64,000 nt of DNA, taken from Squalus acanthias (taxonomy: Eukaryota). The translations under genes were made by a program, and so were the position numbers. The notes under the pieces were generated by a model. The model saw only the letters and a program-made list of their open reading frames with translations. It did not search any database and was not told where the DNA came from. The stretch spans positions 109,556,001-109,620,000 of the forward strand of contig CM059432.1 of NCBI GenBank assembly GCA_030390025.1, written 5' to 3'. The number at the start of each line of letters is the position of its first letter. The first letter of the stretch is position 1. Of the stretch, positions 61,342 to 64,000 are shown one piece after another.

Positions 61342-62978
61342 TCACAGTGAGGGTGCAGACCCGCTGCGTCCTCTGTCACCCACAGCCGCATCCAGTTTCC
61401 CTTTATCCTTGCCCATAACCTGCTGTAATGCGGCCACTAGGATTTTTACTGGGTCTTCTTCTACCTTCCCTCAGTTCGTCTCTACCTCGGGACCCTCGAG
61501 CCTTGGTTTCCCCCCTTTCGAGAGCTTACACTCCTTGCTCCAGTGTCCCAACTTCCCACAGTTAAAACACGCCTGGGATCTACCCACATTACTTCCCTCC
61601 TGTCTCCATTCCCTTTTACTCCTCACATTCCCTTTCACTTCGTGCACCTTCCCCTTGTGTTTCTCCTCTTCCCCTTGTCCTGACTTGAAAGCTGGCGTCA
61701 GCTTCCTCAGCACCCCCACCTCCGTATTGTGGAGGTCCTCTGGGTCAAACCATGACTCGGCCTTTGCCGTGATTCGCGGCAAACTGTTGGACACTACGGT
61801 CCTCAGCCAATGATTCCTGGGAACTCCTCTTACGTCTGTGCATACTAGATCTGCTCCAGTGGCCCTCACGTAAGTCGGCCACAATCTATCTGCAAACGTA
61901 TCTGGTGACTCGCCTGCCTGCTGCCTAGTCTGCTCCACCTGCAAGAACGGACTACCTTGGCTGTGCCCTAGTGCTACCAAGATCTCATCTTTTAAGCCGT
62001 GCATGATTCCTCCCCCTAACTTGGTGGCTGCCGACAAACTCTGATATAGCTTCCCATCTAGGGAGAACAGTATCAACTTCCTCATCTCCTCCTCGTTGCA
62101 GTTATTAATGCCCCCTACCTGCTCTACATTGGCGAAATGAACGGAGGCGTCCCCTCCCTGCTTTAATTTAGCCACACTCGTCAGCATTCCCTGTAGCTGA
62201 AGCGGTGTAAATGGGAGCACATAATCGCTCGGCAACAGCGCCGGGCCACCACCCACTGGTGGCGGACCCAACTTCTGCTGTGGTAGGGGACACATCGGTC
62301 TCGGTGGTCCCGCTGCTTCGGGAGCCGGCCGATGCTCGCTATACGGGGGCCATCATCTGATTCTTTACCCTCCATATCCCAGTCTTCCCCAACTTCTCCA
62401 GGCGCCAGGCGACAAACCATCCCTCTGGCCCCGGATAGTTTTAAGGTCAACTTACGGATCTTTTCATTACAAGGCCCGTGATCTGCCCCCTCATAACCCT
62501 GAGTTCAGGCTACTCTATACGCTACCTTGATATCTTTCAGTCGTTCCTCCGCCTCTTCGGCTCTTTCTAGATTCCTTTCACTTTGTTCGCAGTGAGTCTG
62601 ACACGGCCTCTTACCCTCTGTCACCTGACACTGTAAGTATTCGAGATTGTTCTGCGCCCTCTCCTCCCTAACCTTTCTCTCCTGCTTTTCCTCACTTAAA
62701 TCTTTCGTCAGTCGCTCTATGACGGCGTCCTTATCGCTTGCCTTGGTTTCTAGTTCCCTTTTCTCATCTTCCAGCTGTTTCACCTTTTCCCTGAGAATCG
62801 AGGTTTGCTTCTGTAGACACAGTAGCCAAATTGCCTTCTCTCTCGTTCTTTTATGATTAACACAAACCGTCCACTCTGCCGCTTTTTCCTGCGGATCCTC
62901 AGAGTGTAACATTTCTCCTGCCCATGGCCCAGAAATGTCTAACTTGCTACAGATATACGAGGCTACCTTAGCCTCCAT
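61342..62978 (-). pseudogene. gag: gag (N-terminal coiled coil, capsid-like region, one CCHC knuckle)
   Basis: ORF 62505..62978 is heptad-rich; ORF 61471..62295 contains CFNCGKLGHWSKEC. Confidence 0.85.
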
Positions 62979-63048
62979 AGACTTCCTACAGCTACTTCTA
63001 ACTGCCCACTCTGCTGCTTTGCCCCTGGCTCAGAAATGTTTACTTTGG

Positions 63049-63144
63049 CTACCTTAGCCAACCTGAGACTACCTTAGCCTCCCTGAGACTACCTTAGCCT
63101 CCCTGAGACTACCTTAGCCTCCCTGAGACTACCTTAGCCTCCCT
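63049..63144 (-). repeat. 20-bp tandem repeat (about 4.5 copies) in the ERV leader
   Basis: Unit AGGGAGGCTAAGGTAGTCTC. Confidence 0.95.
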
Positions 63145-63194
63145 AGGGTTTGTTGCCCTTACTTTGTGCCTTATTTTGTTCCACACCTCAAGAG

Positions 63195-63211
63195 TCCTGT
63201 CGAGGTCACCA
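63195..63211 (-). promoter_or_regulatory. Primer-binding site, tRNA-Trp-like
   Basis: TGGTGACCTCGACAGGA, 3 nt after the LTR CA; 14/17 match to the Trp PBS TGGTGACCCCGACGTGA. Confidence 0.75.
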
Positions 63212-63214
63212 AGA

Positions 63215-64000
63215 TGTAAGGTGTTTGGTTTCCTCATCCTTACAAGGGTTCCTTGATTCTGGGTTTTGCAGGAACAAAATGGTGGATGACACAAAGGTTT
63301 AGGTTCAACCCAAAACTGTTAGTTTATTAAAACCAACAAAACACAGACAAAGACCTGTTGAGATTTGTCTGAAACTTGCAATCACCCATACAGCCAGTCA
63401 TTACCATTGTGGATTGTTGGCCTGGATCGGAGATGACCTGTCCCCGTCCTCCTTTATCTGACTGCAGCTGCCTACACAGTGCAAACCCCTTGTAGAGTCA
63501 ACTGATACTTACAATCACCAGTCCGACTGATCGTGGCCGACGTCGATTGCAGTCAGGGAGCTGGAGATGACTGTCTTCCCTTCCTTCTTACACCTGGCAG
63601 TTTGCTGTAGTCAGAGCTAGCTTCCGAGAGAGAGAGCTTCCCAGCGAGAGCTTCTGAGCGAAAGAGAGAGAGAGCTGTGGTGTGGTTCCTTCTTATAGTT
63701 CTTTTAGTCACCTGGCCCCATGCTGGGCCTCCCCCAACCAGTTTCAGTTGTCGGTTTGCTGAACTGTCCGACATTCACACCTCGTCAACCTGTAAGTCAA
63801 TCACCAGAGGTGTACAGAGTTGTGAGATTGACGATAACTCCTTATTTCCTCTCCCACTTTCTGTAGCGCATATTGAATGTGATTTCTATTACTGTTGATA
63901 GGCGGTTGGCTGATTGTCTGCTCAGGACTTGTGTATCTTCCATTCATGTCAGGAAGTCGATCGTGACCCCCATTGTTTCAGTTAAACTCAGAGCATTGTC
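63215..64000 (-). repeat. 5' LTR (partial)
   Basis: Aligns to 51748 onward, starting TGTAAGGTGTTTGG. Confidence 0.93.

Larger units (their letters stand above)
51748..64000 (-). mobile_element. Endogenous retrovirus, lokiretrovirus-like, decayed; 5' LTR runs off the window
   Basis: Paired LTRs, PBS, PPT, gag-pro-pol-env order, LPQGFHNSP RT, two RNase H domains, F-type env. Confidence 0.88.

Overview
A vertebrate, repeat-saturated genomic window with no confidently identifiable host gene. The CR1/L2/RTE/Penelope/DeuSINE repertoire points to a cartilaginous fish (shark), which is an inference. Most of the sequence is nested retroelements: two full-length CR1 LINEs (ORF1 zinc finger/esterase plus ORF2 APE-RT), many truncated CR1s, L2, RTE, three Penelope-like (GIY-YIG) insertions with inverted arms, 14-bp TSDs and minimal hammerhead motifs, a 5S rRNA-CR1 chimera and DeuSINE-type SINEs. 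DNA transposons include three copies of a CpG-rich PIF/Harbinger MITE, a decayed two-gene Harbinger, a young Harbinger with an intact 383-aa transposase, and a small hAT MITE. The last 12 kb (51748-64000, minus strand) is a decayed endogenous retrovirus: LTR, tRNA-Trp-like PBS, gag, pro-RT-tether-RNaseH-IN, env, PPT, LTR. Its env looks like a paramyxovirus-F-type fusion protein preceded by an Ig-like domain, so it resembles a lokiretrovirus. This is the most notable object in the window. Several junctions also record unusual events: a templated insertion from 22 kb away, a ~196-bp TSD and a relocated Penelope fragment. All identifications come from motif reading by eye; no database searches were run.
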